From Escherichia phage 4E8: a DNA stretch of 64,000 nt. The position numbers and the translations under genes were made by a program. Below, in pieces: positions 38,501 through 47,156 of this stretch. The notes beneath the pieces were generated by a model. The model had not been told where the DNA came from. It saw only the letters and a list, made by a program, of their open reading frames with translations, and did no database searches. The first letter of the stretch is position 1. Every line of letters starts with the position of its first letter. The stretch is from sequence record OQ689734.1; one strand, given 5' to 3'.

Positions 38501-38855
38501 TACTCCCTTTCATAAATTTTAAGAACTGTACCGCCATCTGCTTCAATCTGAGCAACTACTTCATCGCGCTCTTCATCAGAATAAACCAGTTGGTTGTGAA
38601 ATTTGCCTGTACTATCTTGGAAATATACATTCCATTTTGGAGCAGGTTTACGAATCAAATCCATCATTGATCTTTCTCCTCTCGTTCAACCCATGTACGG
38701 AAAAGCTCCCCATACACTTTGGCATCATCAAAACGTCCTTCTTCCTGTGCGAGTTTTTGTTGCTTCAAGCACCATTCAGAACTTTTTACTTCTTCCACTT
38801 CCTTGTCTCCTTAAAAAGAACTAATCAATAAGACTAGTTCATTTCGTAATACGAT

Positions 38856-39047
38856 TCAGCTCTTCCACGGGAGGTTGATGGTTAAATTCTTAATGGAGAA
38901 ATCTTTATCAGGAAACTCTTCCATTAACTCAGCCGCTTCTTGAATAGCTTTTCTTTCTGTGTTATAGATGCAGAAATGTCCATTACAGCAAACAATTGCA
39001 TCTTTTGCTCCCGTAATGGCCCATGTTTCATGTACATGTCTAGTCAT
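38856..39047 (-). CDS. hypothetical small protein
   Basis: 63 aa ORF immediately downstream of the polymerase gene. Confidence 0.3.
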   Translation of the reverse strand: MTRHVHETWAITGAKDAIVCCNGHFCIYNTERKAIQEAAELMEEFPDKDFSIKNLTINLPWKS

Positions 39048-39064
39048 TATTCCTCCACTACAAA

Positions 39065-40912
39065 TTAGTGAGTGTGATTCCAGTTTAACCCAATCTTACA
39101 GTCAGATGCCAGAGGGCATTCCATTTTGAGATACTCACCTGCTTTACGAACACACTCTTCAGTGAGGGTACGAAGTTTGTTAACATCGTCACGATGTACA
39201 GTGAACTGGCCTTCATCATGCATGTCAATAACCTTCGCACAACGAACACCATCACGCTCAATCCATTTATTGAGGAATAGCATTGCATACTTCATAACAA
39301 TCGCCCCAGCGCTCTGTAAGAGTGTATTTAAGGCTTTATGGACCATAACCTTTCCAGTTGCATCTCTTCTCATTGTAATACGACGTCCATCCACACCGTA
39401 GATATATCCACTTTGTGCTTTCTCTGTCATACGTTCAATAAGGATTGCAATACAAGGATTCTCTGCTAAGAATCTTGCTCTCATGATAGCCCCTTCGTCA
39501 GAGCCTCCACCAACGATAGAACCGAGCTTAGCATCACCTGCACCATAGTTAAAGGCATATATAAACGTCTTAGCGTTATCACGAGTAGGAAGACCAGCAA
39601 GTTTTTGGTTATGTGAGTGAATGTCTCCTTCTAAAAGAATATCTCTGTACATAACAGCAGAAGCTAGACCGCGTTCAGCTTCTCGTTTCTTAGCTGGGTT
39701 GTTTTCTCGCTCTGCTTCAGCGAGCATCTCACGACATTCTTTAATAAGGTAGTGAGCTAGCATCCTCAGCTCAAGACCAGAGCCATCGTAACCTAAGAAG
39801 ATTTCACGACCAGCAGGTACATAGAACTTATAGGCACCTACAGGTTTGTCTTTCTTGCCCGGTTTTCCCACTTCGTAGATAATGTTAGTACCTTTTCGTA
39901 CGTAACACCCATCAGGGATATGGTTGGTAATGATGAAAGGATGGTTATGACTGTCGTCTGAGGAATAGTCAGATTGAAAAAGACTGCGGCACTCGTGACC
40001 AAACAAACCGCGAGAAGGAATATTAACAACAATGCGATGTTTAAAACGAAATGTCGGAGTAGCGCAGCTATTAGCTTCGGCGGACAACTTACCATCTTTA
40101 CGTTCCTTGTCGATAAGCCCGCTAATCAAACCTAGCCTGTGAGCCGCTACAACACGTCTCTTAAGCAAGCTTCCTACACCCCCTAGCTCACCCCCAAGCC
40201 CCTCTTCAAGAGTCTCCTCAAGGTTTGTAGGGGCTGTGGGCCACTTGTTTGATGTAGCCAAAGCTTTTTTGATTTCATCAAAGGTTACAGGTTTCTTCCT
40301 ATTCGGATTAAGACCTAAACCACTGACGTAGGCTTTCATGTAGTTGACAGTGTGATAACGGAAATGTTTATCCAAAAATCTTCGGATATCAGCATCTATC
40401 ATCTCCGCTATCTGTTTCTCTTTAGCATTACCTCGAATCCAAGCAGAATACCATGCAGAGTATGTACCATACTTCTTCATAGCTTTACGAATTTCAAAAG
40501 TATTCCAAGGTTTCTTAGAATAATTCCACTCTGGAGGTATAAAACCTTCATCCATCAAGGCTTCTTTAATACGTGCATCTTTTGATGGGTCAAAATCTAC
40601 ATACTCAACGCAAGTAAACGCCCCACCGATATCTTCTCTTTTAAGACCAACCCTATCGCAATAGAGCTGAGGCCACTTCTGTAAAGCACCTGATTTCTTA
40701 AAAGGCTTAGCATAAGTTGAACCGTCCACCCGCATTTTGGGGAGGAGAGGAATCAGTTCTTTATCAATATTGACAATAATCTCTTTGAGAAGGTGAACAA
40801 ACCACCGAGCGTTTCTTCTGTTGAAGTTGACTCCATGCTTCGCCTGTTTTGAGATTATATCAGCGACTGTCATCTCCGTTATGAAAGGTAACTTATCAGG
40901 GTTATCCATCAC
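39065..40912 (-). CDS. DNA polymerase, family A, polymerase domain only
   Basis: 615 aa; motif A FLGYDGSGLELR, motif B RDNAKTFIYAFNYGAGDAKLG (RxxxKxxxFxxxYG), motif C MHDEGQF; no 3'-5' exonuclease motifs in this ORF. Confidence 0.85.
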   Translation of the reverse strand: MMDNPDKLPFITEMTVADIISKQAKHGVNFNRRNARWFVHLLKEIIVNIDKELIPLLPKMRVDGSTYAKPFKKSGALQKWPQLYCDRVGLKREDIGGAFTCVEYVDFDPSKDARIKEALMDEGFIPPEWNYSKKPWNTFEIRKAMKKYGTYSAWYSAWIRGNAKEKQIAEMIDADIRRFLDKHFRYHTVNYMKAYVSGLGLNPNRKKPVTFDEIKKALATSNKWPTAPTNLEETLEEGLGGELGGVGSLLKRRVVAAHRLGLISGLIDKERKDGKLSAEANSCATPTFRFKHRIVVNIPSRGLFGHECRSLFQSDYSSDDSHNHPFIITNHIPDGCYVRKGTNIIYEVGKPGKKDKPVGAYKFYVPAGREIFLGYDGSGLELRMLAHYLIKECREMLAEAERENNPAKKREAERGLASAVMYRDILLEGDIHSHNQKLAGLPTRDNAKTFIYAFNYGAGDAKLGSIVGGGSDEGAIMRARFLAENPCIAILIERMTEKAQSGYIYGVDGRRITMRRDATGKVMVHKALNTLLQSAGAIVMKYAMLFLNKWIERDGVRCAKVIDMHDEGQFTVHRDDVNKLRTLTEECVRKAGEYLKMECPLASDCKIGLNWNHTH

Positions 40913-40925
40913 CCACTCCTTATAA

Positions 40926-41279
40926 TTATTGGTATATTAAATCTGTGAATGCTTGGTTGTCTTCAACAATATCTAAAGCTTCATATGAATCAGCCAATTC
41001 ATCCACATAAAAGACTGCTGGAACATCTTCTGCTCGCTGTCTACGAGCTTCTCTCCGTTCGTTGCTGTTTCTCTGAACCTGTGCAAGTTTCATACCCCAC
41101 ACCTGCTCATATAACTCTGGATACTTGTCACTAACCACTACATAGTTTCGAGCTGGTTGGTTTCTATTAATCTTCGCTGTCAACTCAATAAACTGGCGAA
41201 ACTCTTGAATAGAGAGGTTATCATGAATATTATCCCACTTGAGAACGCAGTGACGTTCTAGGCGTTGAGGTACTGGCAT
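40926..41279 (-). CDS. hypothetical protein
   Basis: 117 aa ORF. Confidence 0.4.
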   Translation of the reverse strand: MPVPQRLERHCVLKWDNIHDNLSIQEFRQFIELTAKINRNQPARNYVVVSDKYPELYEQVWGMKLAQVQRNSNERREARRQRAEDVPAVFYVDELADSYEALDIVEDNQAFTDLIYQ

Positions 41280-41282
41280 AAC

Positions 41283-41552
41283 TTACTCCAATGTAGGGAA
41301 TGGTTTTAGGTTGTTCATGGCTGTACGAACATCAGCACAGATTTCAGGGTCACGATAAGAGAGGAATTTACCATCCTTACCACGAATCATTACATTAGTC
41401 CGTGCTGTTTTATTAGGCAATAAAGAAATCCCTCCAATAAGATGGTTGGTAGGGTGTTGTCCTTGATTAACTTTGTAATCATGAGTCTGAGCGTCACCGT
41501 TAAAGAGATGATCACGAATTTGGATTAAACTAATCTTCATATTATGCACCAA
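41283..41552 (-). CDS. small hypothetical protein (member of a tandem paralog pair)
   Basis: 89 aa; C-terminal TNVMIRGKDGKFLSYRD...NLKPFP matches the neighbour. Confidence 0.4.
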   Translation of the reverse strand: MVHNMKISLIQIRDHLFNGDAQTHDYKVNQGQHPTNHLIGGISLLPNKTARTNVMIRGKDGKFLSYRDPEICADVRTAMNNLKPFPTLE

Positions 41553-41793
41553 AGTTAGGGAAAGGTTTCAGGTTTTCAATAGACTTAGCAATACGCTTAG
41601 GAACACTGCTATCACGGAAGGAGATAAACTTTCCATCAGCACCACGAAGAGCTACGTTAGTGCGAGCTGATGTTTGGTTAAACTGAATCATCTCAACAGC
41701 ACCTGTAACGTTTTCTACAGGGAAGGTGTAGCTTTCGGTTGCATTCTGAGAGGGGAGAAAATCAGTTACAGTGATATAAGTTACTTTAGACAT
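41542..41793 (-). CDS. small hypothetical protein (member of a tandem paralog pair)
   Basis: 83 aa; C-terminal TNVALRGADGKFISFRD...NLKPFP. Confidence 0.4.
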   Translation of the reverse strand: MSKVTYITVTDFLPSQNATESYTFPVENVTGAVEMIQFNQTSARTNVALRGADGKFISFRDSSVPKRIAKSIENLKPFPNFGA

Positions 41794-41811
41794 ATTTATT
41801 ACCTTAGGTTA

Positions 41812-41846
41812 TATAAAAGAAAAGGCCACCCGAAATGGGTAGCCTT
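41812..41846 (-). terminator. minus-strand terminator (ggctaccc auuuc gggtggcc + U-run)
   Basis: 8-bp stem with one wobble followed by a T-rich run in transcript sense; directly after the HNH gene. Confidence 0.5.
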
Positions 41847-41849
41847 ATA

Positions 41850-42344
41850 TTAACTTGAGCTTAAAGCGTGTCTGATAGCTGTATGGCTTACACCAAACAT
41901 TCTACCTAAAGCTCTTGTTCCAAACTGAGCAGAACCTTTGACATAAAGATTTTTAACTCTTTTAACATCCTCTGTATTAAGTTTCATTCTAGGGTTTATG
42001 TTCCTGTGATGGCCTACATTAAGACCTGTATCAAAAGAATGTTGAACATTCTCAGAAGCATCTGCCCACTCTAGATTCTCAATACGATTATCACTTTTTA
42101 CACCATTCTTATGATTTATCTGAGGTTTGTTTTCAGGGTTAGGTATGAAAAAGGTTGCTATCAACCTATGAGCTTTCCATGACCTCCCTTCAAAATAAAC
42201 CCTAATATAACCTTTAGTGTCTAAGTGGCCAGCCTCTTTACCCGGATGGCTCTTATTCCACTTAAGACCTTTTGAAGACGACTCTGTGTAAAACAGACGA
42301 CCAGAATCTCTATCATAAGAGAGGTAGTCGGATATAGGAATCAC
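41850..42344 (-). CDS. HNH endonuclease (homing-endonuclease-like) with C-terminal HTH
   Basis: 164 aa; HRLIATFF...INHKNGVKSDNRIENLEW...ASEN matches the HNH_3 core (H...N...N), C-terminal helix-turn-helix-like segment. Confidence 0.6.
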   Translation of the reverse strand: MIPISDYLSYDRDSGRLFYTESSSKGLKWNKSHPGKEAGHLDTKGYIRVYFEGRSWKAHRLIATFFIPNPENKPQINHKNGVKSDNRIENLEWADASENVQHSFDTGLNVGHHRNINPRMKLNTEDVKRVKNLYVKGSAQFGTRALGRMFGVSHTAIRHALSSS

Positions 42345-42655
42345 TGACTCAGCGCCCCCTTCCTTCCACCATTTGATTTTCCAGCACGATCTCCACTTTT
42401 GCCGCCGTTCGAGCGATTTCGAGAGACTGATTCAACACGTAAGTTACTTGACGCATTAGAACCTCCCGACTTGATTGATCGTTTGTGTCCAACATCTTTA
42501 CCTCGGACAGCAGCTTTTCCATCGCGCTTTTCAACGATGCGACGTGCACGGTGGCGCTGAGCATCTCCGCTCTTGCTACCAACACCTGTCTCACCCCTTG
42601 CGATTGCAGTTCTTCGTTCTTGTGCATAATCACGTTTCGCCTTATCGGTCATCAT
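42341..42655 (-). CDS. small basic protein with a possible HNH-like motif (frame choice uncertain)
   Basis: 104 aa; VGHKRSIKSGGSNASSNL...RNRSNGGK resembles H..GG..N..N spacing; an alternative 94-aa ORF (42349..42633) overlaps in another frame. Confidence 0.3.
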   Translation of the reverse strand: MMTDKAKRDYAQERRTAIARGETGVGSKSGDAQRHRARRIVEKRDGKAAVRGKDVGHKRSIKSGGSNASSNLRVESVSRNRSNGGKSGDRAGKSNGGRKGALSQ

Positions 42656-42699
42656 AACTCCTTAATATATCAGTGTACACTAAGGAGTATACATTATAT

Positions 42700-43437
42700 T
42701 TATGATTTTTCAGATTCCATTGCTTTAACAATAGCTTTACAGAAACCTGAACGAACAATATCATCCGATTCGCCATCTACTAGAGCGGCAAATTCAAATA
42801 ACTGGTGACGGTAGATGAAATCAGTAGCCCAATCAAGACCGCTCTCACCACGCATGTCGTGCTGGTTAGTGTCCCCCATGCAGAACATCTGAGAGGTTTC
42901 ACCAAGACGTGTCATGATTGAATATGCTTCATCAGGAGTAGTGTTCTGGAACTCATCAACAATCACGATAGCATCGTTGAACGAGCGACCACGTAGATAT
43001 TCCAGAGGTACGAACTCAATATTACCATTACCTACTTGACATTCGTAGAAACCTTTACCGTAGCGCTGAGTAATAACATCAACGATTGGCATTAGGTATG
43101 GTTCAAACTTCTCACGAAGCCCACCGGGAAGTAATCCAAGACTATTACCCATACCAACAGCAGGTCGGCTTAGGATAATCTTCTCAATCTTCCCACTCTT
43201 CAGAGCATCAATCACTGTAGAAGTGATTACGAAGGTCTTACCACAACCAGCAGGAGCATCTGTGAATACAACCTGTTTGGTTTTAATTGCATCAAGCAGC
43301 TCACTCTGGAATTGGTTCTGAGGTACTACCGGCTTAGCAAGAACTACTTCTTCAAATTCCCGCTTTCCTTTCTTGGTGACGAGAGCTTCACGACGTAATT
43401 CTCTCCGTGATGCTTTCCGAGATTCTCTACGACTCAT
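42700..43437 (-). CDS. phoH: PhoH-like ATPase
   Basis: 245 aa; Walker A DAPAGCGKTFVITS and overall PhoH-like arrangement. Confidence 0.75.
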   Translation of the reverse strand: MSRRESRKASRRELRREALVTKKGKREFEEVVLAKPVVPQNQFQSELLDAIKTKQVVFTDAPAGCGKTFVITSTVIDALKSGKIEKIILSRPAVGMGNSLGLLPGGLREKFEPYLMPIVDVITQRYGKGFYECQVGNGNIEFVPLEYLRGRSFNDAIVIVDEFQNTTPDEAYSIMTRLGETSQMFCMGDTNQHDMRGESGLDWATDFIYRHQLFEFAALVDGESDDIVRSGFCKAIVKAMESEKS

Positions 43438-43615
43438 TTCCTACCTCCGTGTTCTTCATATAAGAAGCTACAGGATTTACACTCTGAGCAATGGATACCT
43501 ATAACCTTAATTTCGACAAACTTCTTATTCTTCCCTTTAGTCGGGGAGCCTTTGGCAAGCTCCCGTATTACTTTCGAGTCCAAATGGAGAAGAGTTGATT
43601 CACATTTAAAACATT

Positions 43616-43936
43616 TCAGATTGATTTGTCCTTATGTAAACGGTATACTTCAGTAGCCATACAAGCTATACGCTCGTCATGTGGGAGATGCATACCAGTA
43701 GAGCCGTTCCATCCTTCGAACTCTGAATCAAAGAATCCAATAGGCTCGGGATACATCTCTTGCAAGGTGGTTAAGTCATCAGCCACTTGTTGCCACTTAT
43801 CGTCAGACCAGATTGGGTCATCCAACCAATAATACAAATAGGAGTGGATAAGCATCTGTGTTCTATGTCGTTTAATCACTTCAGCAGGACTAATCTCGTT
43901 TCCGTTACCAGTCCTAAATGTATTATCATTGATCAT
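43616..43936 (-). CDS. small protein resembling the N-terminal domain Ia of NAD-dependent DNA ligase
   Basis: 106 aa; IHSYLYYWLDDPIWSDDKWQQVADDLTTLQEMYPE parallels the LigA Ia signature (YxYYxxDxPxxSDxxYDxLxxxLxxLExxxPE). Confidence 0.4.
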   Translation of the reverse strand: MINDNTFRTGNGNEISPAEVIKRHRTQMLIHSYLYYWLDDPIWSDDKWQQVADDLTTLQEMYPEPIGFFDSEFEGWNGSTGMHLPHDERIACMATEVYRLHKDKSI

Positions 43937-44146
43937 TTATTTAACCTCAACAATCCCAAGTTTCCAAACATATCCGGGAGCAGAGTCCTGTACGGCTCCA
44001 TATTGAAGAACAGTATCACAAGCATCACTATCTATACCATCAAGCATCAGCTGACCACGAGTAGGACGTTCTTTGTAATAGGTTACTTTGACTTCTGTGT
44101 CATGAGTCCGTTCACTAAAGCATAGACTTAATTTGTAGATTCTCAT
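43937..44146 (-). CDS. hypothetical small protein
   Basis: 69 aa ORF. Confidence 0.35.
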   Translation of the reverse strand: MRIYKLSLCFSERTHDTEVKVTYYKERPTRGQLMLDGIDSDACDTVLQYGAVQDSAPGYVWKLGIVEVK

Positions 44147-44622
44147 TCTAAAACCCTTTCCTCTAAATCATAAAAGATTTGATTTGTCCCATTGTTTTCA
44201 ACAAGCACTGTCCCGTTATCTAACAGGGTAGTAACTTGTGAATAAGGAATGTTCTTTAACATCAGAGCATTGATGGTTGGCTTATTTTTGAAGTAAGCGA
44301 CCGGCTCAACGTAGAAGGAAATCCCACGACTTCCTTTGATTGGTGTGCTTGAAGACAGAACCCAAATCGTTTCTGGCTTGTCTACTTCCTTTTCAACACC
44401 AACCTCAACAAGCGAGTCAGCAGCGAAACCTACAGGACGACTAGAAGAGCCAAGCGCCCGAATAAATCCCGGTAATTTCGACATATTAGACCAACTACCA
44501 GTGTTTTCATTAAACACAGGTCTTACATCACCATATGCCCAAACCAGATTATCACAGTCACGGGCTATGTATTTGGTCCAATCAGGAACATCATACTCTC
44601 TTCCTTCAAAAATAGCTTTCAT
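44143..44622 (-). CDS. hypothetical protein
   Basis: 159 aa ORF. Confidence 0.4.
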   Translation of the reverse strand: MKAIFEGREYDVPDWTKYIARDCDNLVWAYGDVRPVFNENTGSWSNMSKLPGFIRALGSSSRPVGFAADSLVEVGVEKEVDKPETIWVLSSSTPIKGSRGISFYVEPVAYFKNKPTINALMLKNIPYSQVTTLLDNGTVLVENNGTNQIFYDLEERVLE

Positions 44623-44931
44623 TTAGATAACCTTGTGCTTGTAGATGCTAGGGTTGAAGTAATGCAACCAGTTTATGTATTGTTTCTGTTCAAGGTAGTG
44701 TCTGCAATCATGACAAAAAGCATGACCCAAACCTGTTTCCTCGTTCAGCTTGAAGTTGATAAGAAGCTTCTGCTTTTGACAGAAGCTACATGCTTTAGTG
44801 GGCTTCACGTAGTGCATCCCATGAGATTGGGAAAAGTTTACGAAGCTCTTCATCAACAGTTGATGCGAACACTCGTACTTCATACTGAGCATGGTCGGAC
44901 AGTCGCTGACGACATAACTCTGACCAGCCAT
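44623..44931 (-). CDS. hypothetical Cys-rich (zinc-binding-like) protein
   Basis: 102 aa; CSFCQK...CHDCRH; 5' end overlaps the thyX 3' end in another frame. Confidence 0.35.
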   Translation of the reverse strand: MAGQSYVVSDCPTMLSMKYECSHQLLMKSFVNFSQSHGMHYVKPTKACSFCQKQKLLINFKLNEETGLGHAFCHDCRHYLEQKQYINWLHYFNPSIYKHKVI

Positions 44932-45445
44932 ATAAAGAACCTGTCCACACCCACTCAGTGATCATACCTTGAGGTAGAACGAATCGGGCTTGCTCTGGAG
45001 CAATAAACTTAATCAACTCATCATATGACTCAAGAGCTGTTTCATATGCCCGATTAATCAGAACTAGTGCAGAGTTTTGCGCTCCTGTGGTGAGGAGATT
45101 CCCCGCACCTGCATGGAGGTCCGAAGGTCTTTCAAAAATCTCTTTAGGGATGAAGAGTTCAACTGCTCCATCTTTATACCGCCGGGACATTTCGTTCCAC
45201 GAGAATCCAACTTGATGCTTGCCCAGCTGTCTCGCAATTGCGATTGGCGCTTTGCATCGGAAGCTAATTGTCGGATGGCGGAATGGTGTGACATGCTTTT
45301 CTCTGGCAAGGAACTTGATAAGGCGTTCATCTCGTTCATTTAACTCTCCTTCACGAGTAACCCCAAAGGAAACTCGAGCTGCATTAACAACAGATTTATC
45401 AGAACCCATTGCTTCAATTAGTGTTGCTTGTAATTGTTCGTTCAT
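44795..45445 (-). CDS. thyX: flavin-dependent thymidylate synthase (ThyX) homolog with divergent signature motif
   Basis: 216 aa; AARVSFGV...HVTPFRHPTISFRCKAPIAIARQL...FSWNEMSRRY and SDHAQYEV are ThyX-like, but the canonical RHR of the RHRx7S motif reads KHQ. Confidence 0.7.
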   Translation of the reverse strand: MNEQLQATLIEAMGSDKSVVNAARVSFGVTREGELNERDERLIKFLAREKHVTPFRHPTISFRCKAPIAIARQLGKHQVGFSWNEMSRRYKDGAVELFIPKEIFERPSDLHAGAGNLLTTGAQNSALVLINRAYETALESYDELIKFIAPEQARFVLPQGMITEWVWTGSLYGWSELCRQRLSDHAQYEVRVFASTVDEELRKLFPISWDALREAH

Positions 45446-45459
45446 CCTTGAATTCTTCC

Positions 45460-45675
45460 TTAGTAATGAATCTTTTTATAAACCATGTTGCTTCCACTTT
45501 CTGTTTCAATCCCTTTCTGGATTGTAATCTTAGAAGCACCAGTGTTAACAATTTTTAAAGCTCGCTTAAAGCGGCGAGCCTCTTTCCGTGTGGAGTATGT
45601 TGAGAAGCTAGGGATTGTGCTATCAAAATTAAACCACTTAACTACCCAAAAAGTAATCCAAGGTTTCTTTTCCAT
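45460..45675 (-). CDS. small protein, member of a 4-copy paralog family
   Basis: 71 aa; shares W..V...TRKEAR..K..LK and C-terminal ...HY with 47542..48163 genes. Confidence 0.4.
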   Translation of the reverse strand: MEKKPWITFWVVKWFNFDSTIPSFSTYSTRKEARRFKRALKIVNTGASKITIQKGIETESGSNMVYKKIHY

Positions 45676-45676
45676 A

Positions 45677-45949
45677 TTAAATACCTTTCAGAGCCGTGTC
45701 TAAAAATGCACGGAGATTAGATTCAGTTTGCATACCTGATAAACTATAATGAGCACCACTATTCTTATCAGGTACGACAAAGGCTGGGATACTGCGAACA
45801 CCATATTCAATGGCTCGCTCTCGACCATCACCTTCAGAGATATTTACTTCTTCAACTTCTACACTGTAGTCAGCCACAACCTTCTTAAACACAGGAGCCA
45901 TAGCTGCACATGGAGCACAGGAATTACTATAAAACTTAATTACTTTACT
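45677..45949 (-). CDS. thioredoxin/glutaredoxin-like protein (CxxC); start set to MSKVIKFY
   Basis: FYSNSCAPCAAMAPVFKKV resembles the thioredoxin WCGPC active-site region. Confidence 0.55.
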   Translation of the reverse strand, partial: SKVIKFYSNSCAPCAAMAPVFKKVVADYSVEVEEVNISEGDGRERAIEYGVRSIPAFVVPDKNSGAHYSLSGMQTESNLRAFLDTALKGI

Positions 45950-46142
45950 CATTCTATTCCTTGTTAATAAACAGATTGATATGACGCTGGGTAGCAGGAA
46001 CAACAATAAAAGATTTATACTGACCTTTTGCTAAGTCATGAGCAATCTTCTTTGTCTGACCAAGACCCATCACACAGCCACTAACGATAATGGCATGTGC
46101 TTGTAATTCTTCAGGTAGGTTTAGTTTCACTCTTTGGGTTCC

Positions 46143-46328
46143 TTATAGCATACAAAGAATAATAACAAGAGGTAGTGTTATAGCAAAATGTACCAGAACA
46201 ACACTACCAAGCTTGATAGCTTTAACATCCTCTTCTGCTGGGTTTTCTTTAATTGCTAAATTTCGAGCTTTATATATAACAGTACCAACTATTAATGACC
46301 ACACGGCCCACACAATCAGTGAAATCAT
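46143..46328 (-). CDS. small two-TM membrane protein (paralog 1)
   Basis: 61 aa; two hydrophobic segments; similar to the upstream gene (AIVWSVWAILVGGIVY / LIVWAVWSLIVGTVIY, KENP). Confidence 0.4.
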   Translation of the reverse strand: MISLIVWAVWSLIVGTVIYKARNLAIKENPAEEDVKAIKLGSVVLVHFAITLPLVIILCML

Positions 46329-46337
46329 ATCAAACCC

Positions 46338-46559
46338 TTATGCAGTCAACAGGTGGAGAAGGAAAGGAATGACAACAGAGAAAACTACCAGAGCAATGCT
46401 ACCATGTTTAATAGGTTTAGCATCATTCGGATTCTCTTTAAGCATCTGTTTCTGAGCCAGATAAACGATACCACCAACAAGAATTGCCCACACAGACCAT
46501 ACGATTGCTGAAAACATATTCATATCCTTATAAAGAAGTTCGCCCCACCTCTTAAACAA
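46338..46559 (-). CDS. small two-TM membrane protein (paralog 2)
   Basis: 73 aa; see paralog 1. Confidence 0.4.
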   Translation of the reverse strand: MFKRWGELLYKDMNMFSAIVWSVWAILVGGIVYLAQKQMLKENPNDAKPIKHGSIALVVFSVVIPFLLHLLTA

Positions 46560-46580
46560 AGAGACAGGGCGGAGGTTTGA

Positions 46581-47156
46581 TTAGTAAGACACATCACCAC
46601 TGGAGTGGGACATGTTGCTCTTGACGAAGTAACAGAACTTGCCAAGACCTTCATTGATTTCTTGAAGCATACTCTGATCAACTGGATAGGTGCACAAGTC
46701 TGAATCAAACTCGTCCATCTTCTCAATGATACACATAAGAGTCATGCACATGTCGGAAAGCATGCCGTCCATGTCGAGATCAGCGTTACCTTCTCGGAAC
46801 CAAGCATGACCTAAATAATTACTAGCAGTAGCATCCACTTTAACACAATGAAAGCGCATACGCTCTGCTATTCGGTCGCCTGCCTCACGAGCATAATCTT
46901 CTAGTTCATCGAACATACCATGAACACCTTGGAAACCAGCTCCAGAGACGTTCCAGTGGTAGTTCTTTGCTTTGATGTGTAGAAGTTCAAGATTAGCTTG
47001 CACACCACACAAGATGTGTTCTAAGCTGTTACCGCTAATCAGTTTATTCATTCCCTCAAGACGAGAGATAGAAGAGTCAGCAGTAGAGAATGGGTTGCTA
47101 GAACCCACTCGTGTTAGTTCTGGTAAGTCGAAGACATTATTATGCATTAGGTGCAT
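46581..47156 (-). CDS. Dps/ferritin-like protein
   Basis: 191 aa; YHWNVSGAGFQGVHGMFDELEDYAREAGDRIAERM closely parallels the Dps ferroxidase-site region (HWN..G..F...H......D..AER). Confidence 0.65.
   Translation of the reverse strand: MHLMHNNVFDLPELTRVGSSNPFSTADSSISRLEGMNKLISGNSLEHILCGVQANLELLHIKAKNYHWNVSGAGFQGVHGMFDELEDYAREAGDRIAERMRFHCVKVDATASNYLGHAWFREGNADLDMDGMLSDMCMTLMCIIEKMDEFDSDLCTYPVDQSMLQEINEGLGKFCYFVKSNMSHSSGDVSY

Noticed and set aside
42349-42633. Alternative 94-aa ORF overlapping 42341..42655 in another frame
   Set aside because: Only one of the two can be real; the basic ORF has start-stop coupling with the HNH gene and an HNH-like spacing, but confidence in either is low
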